Shown here in pieces: positions 39,907 through 52,505 of a stretch of DNA of 64,000 nt (positions are counted from its first letter, which is position 1; the number at the start of each line of letters is the position of its first letter). Under the pieces are notes generated by a model. That model saw only the letters and a program-made list of their open reading frames with translations. It was not told the origin of the DNA and ran no database searches. The stretch spans positions 2,976,480-3,040,479 of the forward strand of contig OZ316898.1 of NCBI GenBank assembly GCA_973895155.1, in the 5' to 3' direction. The stretch is from Marsupella aquatica. Its lineage: Eukaryota; Plantae; Marchantiophyta. Position numbers and translations under genes: made by a program.

Positions 39907-41901
39907 CTTCGTGTATTCATGAAGCTTGTGCATCCAAAAGCTTCATGAATTCATGAACCTATTTTCAAGATTCATTAATCTTGATCCAAGATTTTTTTTC
40001 ATGAATTCATGAAGGGAATCTGGCATCATGTTCAAGAATCTTGAAAAGAGAGAAAAAATTGCATACAAACATAAAGAAAATGATGAAAAGAAAGTCTACT
40101 CAAGACAAAGAAAATGACAAAAAAATGAACAAAAAATTATTCAATTAAGACAAAAAGAGTTATAGATGAAGAATTTTACAAGGAACACAAACTCAAATAA
40201 TGACATAGAGAGTAATGAACGATTATTTTGGAATAAAGTACAAGAAAACATCAACTCCAATAAAAACAAAAAGTATTATAAATGCTAGGAAAACTTTGGT
40301 ATTTTACTATGCAAGGTTTGAATTAAAAATTAAGAATGAAGTTTCTTTCTAAGTGAATGCAAATAGTATTCCAATCCACTAAAACTTATGTGAACATTAG
40401 AGATTTGGGAATAAGATAGTTGGAGTAATTATTGCTACTTAGAGTTTGTTGAGATTCAAAAATATTAAAATGATTAACTCATGAATTCATGAATCATTTC
40501 TAAAAGAGGGTCATACTTTAAAAATAATAAATTTGTAATTGGTTTGTGTGAGATAGATTAAAGACAAACAGTTCATTACAAGACTCATTTGAAATTTCTA
40601 GTGTATATTTGAAATGTTTTAGATATTTCTGATTCCAATCAATTTTAAGATGGTATTTTAAGGATAAATTAGACAAATGATCTCTTGAACATGTGCAAGT
40701 GTAAATTGTAAAGATTGAAATAGATCATACGAAGATTAAAAATTTAGTATGGTGCATTTTATGTTTTTAATGGTTCATATTGATAACATATTTCGGGCAT
40801 TTTTTCCATCCACGAAGATTTTGCAAAGAAAGGGATAGTTTTTAGGTTCATTTTGGGACATTTTTGAGCTTTTTGAGCAAAAGTTCTTTTAGTTTGGACT
40901 TATTACCCATCCTTTTTGGCTCCTTGTTAACTTAGTGAACACCCCATGTTGTCTCCCCTCCCCTAACTCCTCAACGCCCCCAAGGCCACCTCAGGGGCGA
41001 CCTTTCAAACATGGAAAGGTTCATCTGCCAAGTTGGCGTCGTCAAAGATGTCTAGACACATCTGTGCCTCCACTCTTGTAAAATGATTGGGCTCCAGCTT
41101 GAGCCTGAGTTTAGATCACACTTCCTGGGGGCGTCTAGCATTGCCTCAACCACTCTTGTGAAATACTTTGGCTCGAGATGTTTAAATAACGTTTCCCCCC
41201 AAGCCATGCATCCTGCTTGTCTAATGCAGGCAAGCGATCCGACAACTTCACGATGATGTGCAAGTTGAAATTATCATTCTTGAACCTTCTATTTTTGTTC
41301 TCAAGCTGAAGCTTCTCTGATCAGAATTGCTCTATTTTAGTCAAATAAAGCTCACATTGTAGGATGGAAACCACTTGGAACCTTGATTTGTATGATTTTA
41401 CTAATTTCTTCATGATTTTACACAAATGCAAAAAGTTTTGGAAGTATTGGGTAACATGTACATGTGTACAATTGATATTTGGACTCCTCAGAGTATTCAA
41501 CTCCCTAAAAAAATCTTCTATACAAAGAGATCCCATTGTTGCTTTCACCTTTGTGAGAGTAATCTTGATAAGGAGTCGCCTTTGCAAGAATGAAATTGAT
41601 AACAAGAAGAGCAGAATTTGTTATGCTATAGCCAGAGAATTGAATGTGGAGGAGCAAGAGGAAATTGAACAAGCAAACCTCTGAAGCATATGCTTTCCTT
41701 TCTATCTGATAAAATGCAGGAGAACAGAACGCATGAAGAGTATACTGGTCATATAGCTACGTCATTGACTCAATTCTCAATTGTGTAACACCATACTTTG
41801 GACCTGAAGTTGTGGTTTAAAGCGCCACTATCTATGTCAAACCTGGATCCACCAGGTTTCACCATTTTTAGTTACCTTTTCCTGAAGTTGTGGAGCAATT
41901 C

Positions 41902-42187
41902 CTCGGGGGTTTGACTATCAAAAATCTTAGTAACCACGTGCGATCCAAAATAGTATTTTTCATAGAAATTAGCTAAATTTTAAAAAAACGGAGGAAACAA
42001 AAGAAGGTAGTATAAACCCATATTTGTAAAATATTCTCCAATACATACATTTTATAAAGTAAAAAAGGTCATTAATATTGAAAATGGATAATATTTTTTG
42101 GAATATTCCTGTTATAAAATAGGTGTGTTTATATTAGGCTAAGATTGCACGTGGTACTCCAAAATATACACTAAGTAACCCCCCGAG
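41902..42187. mobile_element. MITE with family B-like TIRs but a different interior
   Basis: ctcgggggtttgact...cacgtgcgatc / gattgcacgtg...agtaaccccccgag; degenerate flanks agcaattc / gcaaaatc. Confidence 0.75.
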
Positions 42188-42624
42188 GCAAAATCTCACC
42201 CTAGAGGAGAGAAATGTGAAAAAATGATAAGTTTTGGACACTTCTTTTTATATGAAATTGGTGGTTTAACCACCCTTTGTTTTAGAACCATAAGTCTAGT
42301 ATCGAAATCCAAAGACATACATCGGACTCAAATTGTATAAATATGTGTACTATAAGTACATCATCTTGTAGGAATTATACCAGTTATGCTTTCATCTCAG
42401 GAAGAGTGTCATTGATCTCAGGAAGTGTGCAAGTTTTATTATCTTAGCCTGAGAGGATTGAAAGCCCACCAGAATTAGTTGTTAACAATTTAGTGTCTTA
42501 AGCGTGCAAGTTTTATTAGTTGGGCTGACCCGTTTCCTGATTCCCTAAAGTATTTCTCACAATGTTGGGGAATCATGTAAATTGATAATGGATACCTGGT
42601 AGATGGAGTCTCATTCATCCTTGA

Positions 42625-42810
42625 ATGTATTTATCACGATCATGTTGGGGCGTCATGAAAATTGGTAATGGTGTTCCGAGTAATAGGTCTTTGGTGCTCT
42701 GACTGGAGAACTGTGTTGTAATGGTAGTACATACCAAATTGAGGTGGCAATGGTGTTTAAACAGTGGAATGTATATACCACGTCAAACATCATATTGGAG
42801 TTGATGTGTT
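42625..42810 (+). repeat. Dispersed repeat, inverted partner of ~39260-39490
   Basis: See partner feature. Confidence 0.8.
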
Positions 42811-43234
42811 GTTGCAGTGTCTCACACAGGAGGGCAATGGAGAAAGGGAGGAGACTAAGGGAGGGCATGGGGGAGGGAAAAATAAAATCTGGTGCCGTGA
42901 CACTGGCTTTGGTGATGCGCAGACACTGTTGGCCATCTTGCAGTCCACCGTGCTAAAGTATACAGTAAAGTTCTGTTTTAGAGGACATTATGTTCCCAGA
43001 ATGCCTTTGAAAATACAAAGGGGAAATCACAAAGGGCATTACACACGTAGCAGTAAGAGACCCCAAAATGTGACAAATTTTCACCAAAGGAGGTCTATGC
43101 TCCCAGAATGCCCCCAAAAAATACAATGGGAAAAATCATGAAGGGCAATCACCAGTGCACCTATAGAAAGCTACAGGTAACCCATAGCTCTCATTCTAAA
43201 GTTCAGAGGTTCAGAAATGGGCTTGAATTCCACT

Positions 43235-43632
43235 GAGTGCATAACCTTTTATTGGCAATTGCTACCTCTTATGGTGAGAAACTATTCACCACATGATAGG
43301 AATGAATAGTAATGAGGGAGGGAAAAGTCTTTTATATGGGAAGGTGGCGAGTGCATAACCTTTTATTGGCAATTGCTTCACCTCTGTTGGGAGAGATATG
43401 CTTAGTAGACCCCCTTCTGGAAAAAGTTTGCTTTATCAACCCCCTGATACTTTTCCCCAACCTGGGCCGTTGATGGACCTTTCGATCTCAGAACTGGACT
43501 GTTGATAGACCTCAGGAGGTAACAAGTTTCATTTTAGGGGTCGATCAAGCAAATATCTCCCTCTGATGGTGAGAAACTATTCACCACAGGACAAGAATGA
43601 ACAGTAGTGAGGGACTTTTATATGGGCAGGTG
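43235..43632. repeat. ~115-bp tandem duplication, second copy split by a MITE
   Basis: gagtgcataaccttttattggcaattgct at 43235 and 43349; atggtgagaaactattcaccaca at 43271 and 43566. Confidence 0.88.
43390..43560. mobile_element. 171-bp MITE (family C) with 8-9-bp TSD
   Basis: TIRs ggagagatatgcttagtagacccc / ggggtcgatcaagcaaatatctcc; TSD ctctgttg / ctctgatg; the empty site is visible in the upstream duplicate. Confidence 0.85.
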
Positions 43633-44833
43633 TGGTTTTTTAGTGACAAATTTAATCCAAAGAGCTTTTAAGTAGGTTGTCATTAAAGATAATCTAATTG
43701 AAAATATTGTCACTATTGTTTTTGTATTTATAAAAATGTCACCATTTTCTATATGAATGACAAGTTCAGTAAGATAAAGAGGGGAACTATATAGGAGAAA
43801 TGTGACATTTTTGTAAATACAAAACATAAGTGGCAATACTGCAAATTCAAACATCAAAAGATGTTCTACCGAAAGGAGGTCGAATTCTCGACGTTAAAAA
43901 ATATACTGTTGCGAAGCTCGCTGTGATCCTTCCGTTCTCGTTCTCGGCCGTCACTTTTAACAGAAATGGTCTAGAACGATGGCTGAGCTGACGAAGCCAC
44001 CAATTCAGGATGAGCTATACCTCCCGTGCCGTAGGATCCAAAATTGCGCCGAACGATCTCTTCCCAATTCGTGGAATTTTCACCGAATCCAATTCTCCTT
44101 CGAGACACCACCAATTATTACTAAAAGGCTGTGCTGCAGTCCCAGATATGGAGGTCGACTCCCATCCGAGGTCACCTGCTTCGTCCGGGCCTTCTTATAA
44201 AATTTGTGGAAGACGCCCGAGCGCAACTGTTGGTCTAGTACTGTAGTTCTGTATCGCAAGCGGAGGAAGGAGCAGAATTGTAATAGAGGATGTTGTTTCT
44301 CACGACGGTACGTGCTCCTGGATTGGCATCATTGTCGATAAGAGCGGTGGAAAGACCCGTGCTTCATATTTGTGAGACAAGGGCGTCAACACAGCTGAGC
44401 TGCGCGGCGAGAGATTGTTCCAATCTTCCACACGTGGTTGCAATCAGAAGTGCTGCGAAAGGGTACCTGGAGTCAGCTGAAGAGAGGTAGATTTCGCTCT
44501 GGATGGTGATGATGATGGTGATTGCAATTCTTCCCCCGCGAGATAGGTGTCTAATGCTGGAATCGTTCAGACAGGGACGAGAATCTGAAGTGTGGCAGAG
44601 TTGTAGATCTGGTTGGTCCCGAGTTGAGGTCAGTAGAGGTTGGCCCTGCGTTGCCTCGCGATTTGGGGGAATCGAGGTATTCCATGCCCGCTCGTCGTGA
44701 GGTCTTCGCCATTTCACCGGCCTGGATAACGTATGCTGCCACTCTTATATGCAGGAATTGCCATAGATCGCGGCTAGGGATCTGGACGGGAAACGAGAGG
44801 CGATTCGGAAGAGTGAGCGGGAGTAAGTTGTGG

Positions 44834-47800
44834 ATGATGGCGAGTGGGCAGCCACAGCAGCGCAGGTATATCAGAGCCTCCTCCGCCACGTCGCGGAGGA
44901 GAAACACCACCACGGTGAACCTTCTGCAATTTTGCTTCGTGTTTCTCCTGCTGGCTCCTCTGGCCTTGCTCTTGTACAGAAGCAAATCTCTGCATCTGCT
45001 TATGTCGGGAAATCATGATGCCGACAGTGTCGGAGGGGACTCCGCTTCAGATGCGCCGAAAATTAGCAAACCAAGGCTTGTTGTGAAAAAGGTGTTGGCT
45101 GTGGAACAGCCAGAAGGTGAAGGTGCTCGTGTGAGGCGGAGCATTGGCCGGTAAGAATTTGGATTCGCCCGCTAGTTAATCCTTTTTAGTTAGCTCTTTG
45201 CATGAAGTTGTGGACACATACTCCACGCAAATCTTTTTGGTCGACTACCCACGCATTAGCTAATCTGGGACTTGATTAGAACGTAGGGGCCGCCGGGTAG
45301 TGTAGAGGGAGAGGGAAGCAGGATGCAGTTCATGTTGTCTGTTAGTTGTGAAGAGTGTAGATAATTATAGGAAAAGTTCTTTCTATTTTATTTTGGCCAT
45401 AGTTGACACTTATCTAGACCTCTGGGGTAGACATGGAGCAGGTGTTGAAATTGTATGGTGTGGATGCTTGATAATTAGGAGTCAGAAATGATTCGATTTC
45501 GTTCCTCGAGGAACTGACTTTTAAGCTGTGGTGAACAGGCCAGAGTTGAAGACCCTGGATCCATTTCTTATGCTCGACTACTTCGCAGGTAGGAGTTTTC
45601 TCTGATTGAAAGTGCAGAATCTGCCGCTTGCTGCAGTTACTAACAGCCCATTGGTGTGTCACTTGGGCACCGTCAGCGCCCTCGTACTAATGCTATCTTG
45701 AGTCGCTTGTTTAATCCGTCCCAAACTCAAATATTTATTTTAAGAATACTTAACATGAGTCAATTGCTTCAACACTCCGTCGTTCACTTCTGTAGATAAG
45801 TTGGCTGCAACTTTGTGTCCCGCTTTAGAGTTTTGGCTGTAAGGCTTGTCCTGATTTTAGATTGGGGAGAACGCTGTCGCAGGCGTTCTAGTTACAAGAA
45901 ATGGGAACTTTGAAATATTCATTCGGATATGTATAACACACTTGGTGCGGGACATGTTGATACCGTATGGGAACCGAAAAATATTTATGGGATATTGGAT
46001 GGGATGTGATCTCGTACTCGGCATCTGACATTTATGTACGATGAGTCTTTAGCTTCTGTCACCGTGACTAGTGTCGCAGACTAATGTTGTGATGACCATC
46101 ATATCTTTTAGATCTTATTAATATCTATGTTTTTTTCCCCTTGCAGCTAAACCTCCCGGTGGATTTCCCGATCATCCTCATCGAGGTTTGTGTCTCTGCC
46201 TATCTAACCGTAGAATCTTTGATGAATTTATGACATAATCCAGAGACAAACATCTCTAATCGTATCCCTTGATGTATTTCATTTCAAGGCTCACAGTTTG
46301 TGCTTCAAGTTCACATCTATTGCAGTCTTGTCACTGGATGTTTGACAAAGTGTATACTCATCACATGAATTGAAGGCTAATTTTTATACTAAATGCAGGT
46401 TTTGAAACGGTTACCTACATGCTCGAGGTAATTTCTTAGATCAAAACTGTCAATAAGTTGCTTCCTTGTGGTCCGTGAAGCTTCCATGTTGCTTTCATTG
46501 GAAAAATTTTCGGATTTTGCTTTTTGAAGCAGGATGATAAGTTAGAAAGTAATGCAAGCTTGTCTTGGGATTGTCGCAGGGAGCATTTTCCCACCAGGAT
46601 TTTGCTGGGCACAAAGGCATAATTCGCCCGGGTGACCTGCAGGTCTTTTCTCTCTTCCTTTAAAGTGTCTTAAGTGTCTTAAGTGTATTCTGTGGGTCAC
46701 AGGCTCTCTGTAGGAAAATTGTTGAGCTACCAGCGCCTTTAGTCCGCCCAGATATTTCCAATTCGTGATATCCTCTACAAACTTTGAGTTACATCCTCGT
46801 TGCTGAATAATGAGTGCAATAGTTTCCGTCGCCGAGTTCGTTTTTAAGGTATCCCGTGGATTGGCAATCCCATGTATTTTAGTGGAATCCCATTCCCTCT
46901 CCTTCCCTAAACAAAGAACAAGTGAAGCTCCCGAAGCATTTTAAACACTGTCTGTGCTTTTGCGATCGACGTGAAGGCCCATCTGTAAATGTAATTGGAC
47001 TTCCCCCGTGGAATAGAATTGCCGTATGAAAGACTTCTTTGCATTTTTGCTACGATGTCGTCGTACGTTTTTGTTTTATTATTCTATTGGGGCCTCTTTT
47101 TGCACTTTTGGTCCATCCTTAGTTCCATAAACCTCACTACTCCTGCTCTTTAGAATTTTAGTCTAAATTTTTAGTATCTTTTCAGCTAGTAAAGTAAGAA
47201 ATTCGGCACGTGGATGTAGATATCCATCCTGTCCTGAAAATCGTGGCGAGAGAGAAGTGACGGTATGTGGCCCCCGGAAACTACGTTACCATTGGCGGAC
47301 TTTACTTACACTTAAATCTTTCTCACCCGTAAAGCGTGTACTAAAACTCTCGCAATGTGCACAGTGGATGACGGCGGGGAGGGGAATTGTGCATTGTGAG
47401 ATGCCAGCAACAAAGGGACTTCAGCGTGGCCTCCAGCTTTGGGTGAATCTCCCGAAGTCACATAAGATGTAAGTACATGACTGGTCATCCTATGTGGTAA
47501 CATAAATTCTTTGATCTGTTCTTGATTCCAGATCATTGTGCATTTGCTGGACATCCATCTGCCGGTGGCTCTTGTTATTGTTCTTTTTAATGCGATTTCT
47601 CGTGAGGGAAATGTAGATATGTCAACATAAAGAACTCACTTGTGCTGCACGTGGGCCTCATTTCTTTCCAATAAGGGTGGTAGTAGTACACAACCAGGAA
47701 CAAATCAGTTCTCATGACACAACATGTTTGCATCTGAATGCAACTATTAGTGCCCTGCGTCATTTACTGATCAGCTATTCTAGGTGAGACCCGTACCTCA

Positions 47801-48338
47801 ATCTGGTGGCCTGACTGTCCTTTTTTTCAGGGTGGAACCTAACTATCAGGAACTGGCGAGTAAGGATATTCCTAGGGTGGAGAAAGATGGTGTAAAGGTG
47901 GTCGTCATTGCAGGGGAGTCGTATGGGATTAAGTCTCCAGTTTACACAATAACTCCGACTATGTACCTTGACTTCTATCTGGAGCCCGGGGCAGAGGTTC
48001 ATCAAGCAATTCCCGAGGGCTGGAATGCCTTTATTTATATTCTAGAAGGAAGTCTCACAATTGGAACCAAGGATTCAGCTCCAATAGATGCACATCATAC
48101 TGTGAAGCTGGGGCCTGGCGATGGGGTATCGGTTTGGAACACAAGCAATGGGAAGTCTCAATTTGTACTCATTGGTGGTGAGCCCATCAACGAACCTGTA
48201 GCTCAGTATGGGCCTTTCGTTATGAACACACAAGATGAACTTAGGCAAGCAGTGTATGACTTCCAAACTGGACGAAATGGGTTCGAGAAAGCTAGGTCAT
48301 GGCAATCTTCTCATGTGGAGATGGTAGACCACTTGTAA
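44834..48338 (+). CDS. Pirin-like bicupin protein with N-terminal hydrophobic extension
   Basis: Exons 44834 (alternative ATGs 44683, 45002)-45150, 45539-45588, 46147-46185, 46399-46427, 46580-46642, 47365-47468, 47831-48338; motifs [86 protein letters not shown]. Confidence 0.95.
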
Positions 48339-49954
48339 TTGTACTCTAAGCGGACATCACTAAGATTGACAGAGATGTGATGTTGGGGAGTGGAAGGTAC
48401 AATCTCCAATTCTGGACAGGTCACAAATGGTCATTGAAATCCTTGTTCATACCATCGGCAAACTCGCCTCTGGAGGTGTTCGTATTAGGAATAGGTAGTT
48501 ATTGTGTGTAATTTGATCCACAATATGCTGTGCCTTCTCTTCCTGGGTCGAGGTAGGTATTATGTCTGACCTCCAGTTGGAGTTGACTGGAATAGTTTCC
48601 GCAATTACAAATCTGGGGAAGTTTGTTGACTTGTACACTAGCTCAAATATAAGTCTCAAATTATATATTTGGGATTAGCAGGGGCTCATCGGACTTGATG
48701 GGGTCCTCAATCACTGCTGCTCGGCCAATCACTCTATGACGAGTAGATTCACAATGTGACATACTGTGCTGTGTAATGTAATCGATTGTCGTGTTACCTG
48801 TGGCATAATAATAACCAATTTACTACTGGCGGGGTCGTTGCTAGAGGGGGTCGGTACAGTCTATGTTTTGGTTACCTCCTTGCGCAAGCTTCTAATTAAT
48901 GGCACTCATCGCAATACTGATCGATATTTGTCACTTGTCAATTCTAAGATCTCGACTGAATTCTTGGGATTACGAGGGATTACGAACTGCTCGTCTGGTG
49001 TTTGGTTAGCGAAGTAAGTTTGATGAAGGGACTGATGTGCCGTGCATTATTTGAAAGATTTTGAGAATGTTCCTCCAGCAAGTACGTGTTGAGCCCGTCT
49101 GTGTAACTGAGACACTGACGCTTCTGTTGTGGTCAAAGATGATCGACTTCGTTCTCAATCGTCGAGCTTACTCTGTAACGTACGTACACATTGATAGCTG
49201 GGAAATATGTGCCTCAGTAGACAATTGAGTTTGTTCTCAGTGCAACATCTTTTGAGCTCCTCTCTCTGAAATGCGAACTCTTTGCACTCAAGATTTATTT
49301 GATATTCCGTTTCCCAACTTGGCTGAGTTTTTGTAGTTTGGGCCAAGTTTCTATTCTGTTATTTGATAGAAGAGTGGACACACTCTCGTCCACTCTCCTC
49401 AGAAATTCTCTAGTGGTGCTCGATAAATGTCAACAGCGTAGATCTAACATCTTCAAAATTTCACTCAATTGTAGTGCACAATTGACCGTGATAGCAGCAA
49501 TACTTTCTGTCGCGGCTGGGTACAAACAAACTATGAGACGGTTTCAAGAAAATGATTGGACCAAAATCTGATCCAATCTCACTTATTTTTGCTCGCATTA
49601 ACTTACAATCCAGTCGAATGGAAATTCATCGACGAAAAGATTAACCGAGTGTCATATATAAGTTCCCAACAAGCTCCCAACACAGATTTAAAAATATTTT
49701 TTCAAAGAAAAGCGCCTTAGTGGTAATCTCCTCTGCATCTGGCACTATGCACGTCTCTAATTACCTTGCGTTGATAATCTCGCCTGAATCGCATCAGAAA
49801 TTTGGATCTCTCCTCAGAATTCTTGCTTACACTCCCATCTTAAATCTGAGTATCAAGATGGCTAGAGTTGGCACGAGCTTGCTAGAGAACAAACCCTCAA
49901 ATCAGTTTAATATGTGGAGCTTTCGTATATAAAATTTGAATTTTTTTTTTTTTT

Positions 49955-50915
49955 CTGCACAGGTTCGGGCGCTCACTGAAAATTTCATTCTCTGGGCCCT
50001 GGCCGAGGAAGACCACCCGCTACGGCGCATACTTCAGTACAAAATCAAGATGTTGTCAAAGCGGAAGTGGGGAACTGAGGATTTCTCCTGGGTGGTCTCA
50101 CAGTGCCATACGCTACCTAAGGATGGATCACAGGTCTGGCGCAACATCTGTAACGGTTGGAATGTGATCAAGAAGAATCTCAGGCATACGGCTCCTGGCC
50201 ACTTGGAGGGGTGGCTGCATCTCCCCCTCTGGAGACCCCACCTCAATCACATCCAACCCAGCCAAGCTAAGTGTTCGCGAAACCCTCAGAGAAGGATATT
50301 CAGGGCAGGGTTTGTACACATGAAGGACGTGCTAGGAGTTGGTGGCGAGTTCCTAAGGTGGGAGGATGGTCCAAGCAGGTTGCTACCGGGCAACTGCGCC
50401 CATGCGTACAGGAAATTGATTGAGAATTTGGTCAGTGTACCCGAACTCCACCGGGACCCTAGGCAGCAGATCCCAGTGTTCATGGAAGCTAAGCTTCCCT
50501 GCGGAACCCTATTCATCTGAGAATTCAAGGTACAATGCAATCACATCACATCATGCTGGCAGCAGTTTTGTGACATTTCCACACCAGTCAGAACATTCAA
50601 GGTCATGAATGGGGTCCTGCATAAGATTGCTACATCAGCCCCCCCCATCAGACACAACCTTACATCGTGTGGTGACCAGATCACACAGGACCACTGGCCC
50701 CCATCACTTGCGCATTGGGTGACCAACCAATCTATTGGCTATGCTACTCCTTTCCTGGAGACTAACACTGCTCATCTCAGGGAGATCCAGGGCCCACTTA
50801 GGACAACAACTCACAAGGCGGTAAGGAAGTGGGCAATTCAACTGAATTGGACCCCCAACCTGAAGATGTTGTGGGCTAATACTTGGATTCCTTACAGGGC
50901 TGAGAAAATTGTACA
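49955..50915 (+). mobile_element. LINE (non-LTR retrotransposon) ORF2 3' fragment, degenerate
   Basis: Trp-rich post-RT region (GSQVWRNICNGWNVIKK, LPLWRPH, VRKWAIQLNW...LWANTW) with stops/frameshifts; preceded by a T-tract and ending in a ctgagaaaattgt duplication. Confidence 0.7.
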
Positions 50916-51883
50916 GTACTGAGAAAATTGTGGAGTATCCTCCTAGTCCAGCAGAATGCCATACAAAGTGCACAACCAAGGGCAACGGGCCCAGAAACTT
51001 CACTTTGGATAGAGAATAAAATAAACAAACATTTTAATTCAACTATACTGTCTGCGAATACCTGTCATTTAATTGCAACAGCTGCCAAATGCGATATATT
51101 TTTTGCCTTTCTTTTGCGAGTGCTGACTGCGGGCATACTAAGGGCTGCTACATGCAAGTTAGACCTACTGTATTTACTCATGGTTTTCCATCACTTATGC
51201 TGACTGGCCTAGTTTGACACGCTTTATTACAACCCATAAGCCTCCCATGGCCATGCATTAGCCTACTCCACAAGCTTGGAGATACGACTAGTAGCCGTCT
51301 CAACGCCATGGGTCATTATACTCCACAGGAGTTCCAAGCAAGGTGATTTTTTGTCGTAAAAATTTGCCAAAGTATTCCACTTGAATCATTCCCCACTTCT
51401 TGGCTAAAATTAGCTTGTTTTTCATTCCCAGTTTTCCACTACTGGTCCCTGAGCCACAATAAGACAGTTCTCCTCTAGTAGACGTAGATTTAATGCCAGT
51501 AAGTAAATTTATTTGAGGTCCATTAGCCACAATCTGATGGCTCTCCTTAAATCTAGGGAGATCTACTGTTCAAGGAATAAATCTAGTAGACGTATGTAAG
51601 GGATATTCAGAGCCATTCGCCAAATTTAAAGGCTTGATAGACGACAAAGTTGGTCTTCCAAACCCAAATGGACCACATTTCCCTGAATTTGAGTTTAGTA
51701 TAAGAGCTTGATATTAGTAAATTTAATTATTTTTTAGCTTTTTGGGATATGCTAGAGGAGTACACTTCCATCAAAGTGACTGAATTTTTGGCCATTTTGG
51801 TTGAAATTAATGACAAGGGGTAATTTTGTTAAATTAATTTTCATTGTGTTAACATGAACTATTTAAGCTGTGTTTTCTATGTC

Positions 51884-52388
51884 TCCTCTTTCTCTAGTAG
51901 TGTTGCTGGTGCAAATCTAGATATTATTTCAGGACTCATAATCATCAAATTATGGGCCTCAAACTCACCTGACCACCAAAATGTTTTTTTTCCCTCTTTC
52001 TCTAGTTGCCCTGCAGAACTACATATTATTTTAGCACTCATAATCGTCAAATTATGGGCCCCAAACTCACATAACACCAAAATGTTTTTTTCCTCTTTCT
52101 CTAGTTGCCCTACAGGTGCAAAACTACATATTATTTTAGGACTCATAATCATCAAATTATGGGCCCCAAACTTCCATGACCACCAAGATGTTTTTTCCTC
52201 TTTCTGTAGTTGCCCTGCAGGTGCCAAAACTATATATTATTGTAGGACTCATAATCATCAAATTATGGGCCCCAAACTCCCATGAGCACCAAGATGTTTT
52301 TTCCTCTTTCTGTAGTTGCCCGGCAGGTGCCAAAACTATATATTATTTTAGGACTCATAATCATCAAATTATGGGCCCCAAACTCCCC
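51884..52388. repeat. ~105-bp satellite-like tandem repeat, ~5 copies
   Basis: Unit tcctctttct(c/g)tagttgccc...tattattttaggactcataatcatcaaattatgggccccaaactc...accaagatgttttt. Confidence 0.95.
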
Positions 52389-52401
52389 ATGTGCCACCGT
52401 G

Positions 52402-52505
52402 TGGCCAACATTGTGGTCAGTGCTGGGTTCAGTTTTTCCATTAGCCACAATCTGTGGTCCAACATGGTGGTCAGTCCTGGCTTCAGTCTCTCCATTAGCC
52501 ACAAT
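52402..52505. repeat. ~55-bp tandem duplication
   Basis: ccaacat.gtggtcagt.ctgg.ttcagt.t.tccattagccacaat x2; ccattagccacaatctg also at ~51520. Confidence 0.85.

Noticed and set aside
49373-49418. 9-bp hairpin followed by CTAG-T (Helitron end or terminator)
   Set aside because: Isolated, with no supporting element body; plausible by chance.
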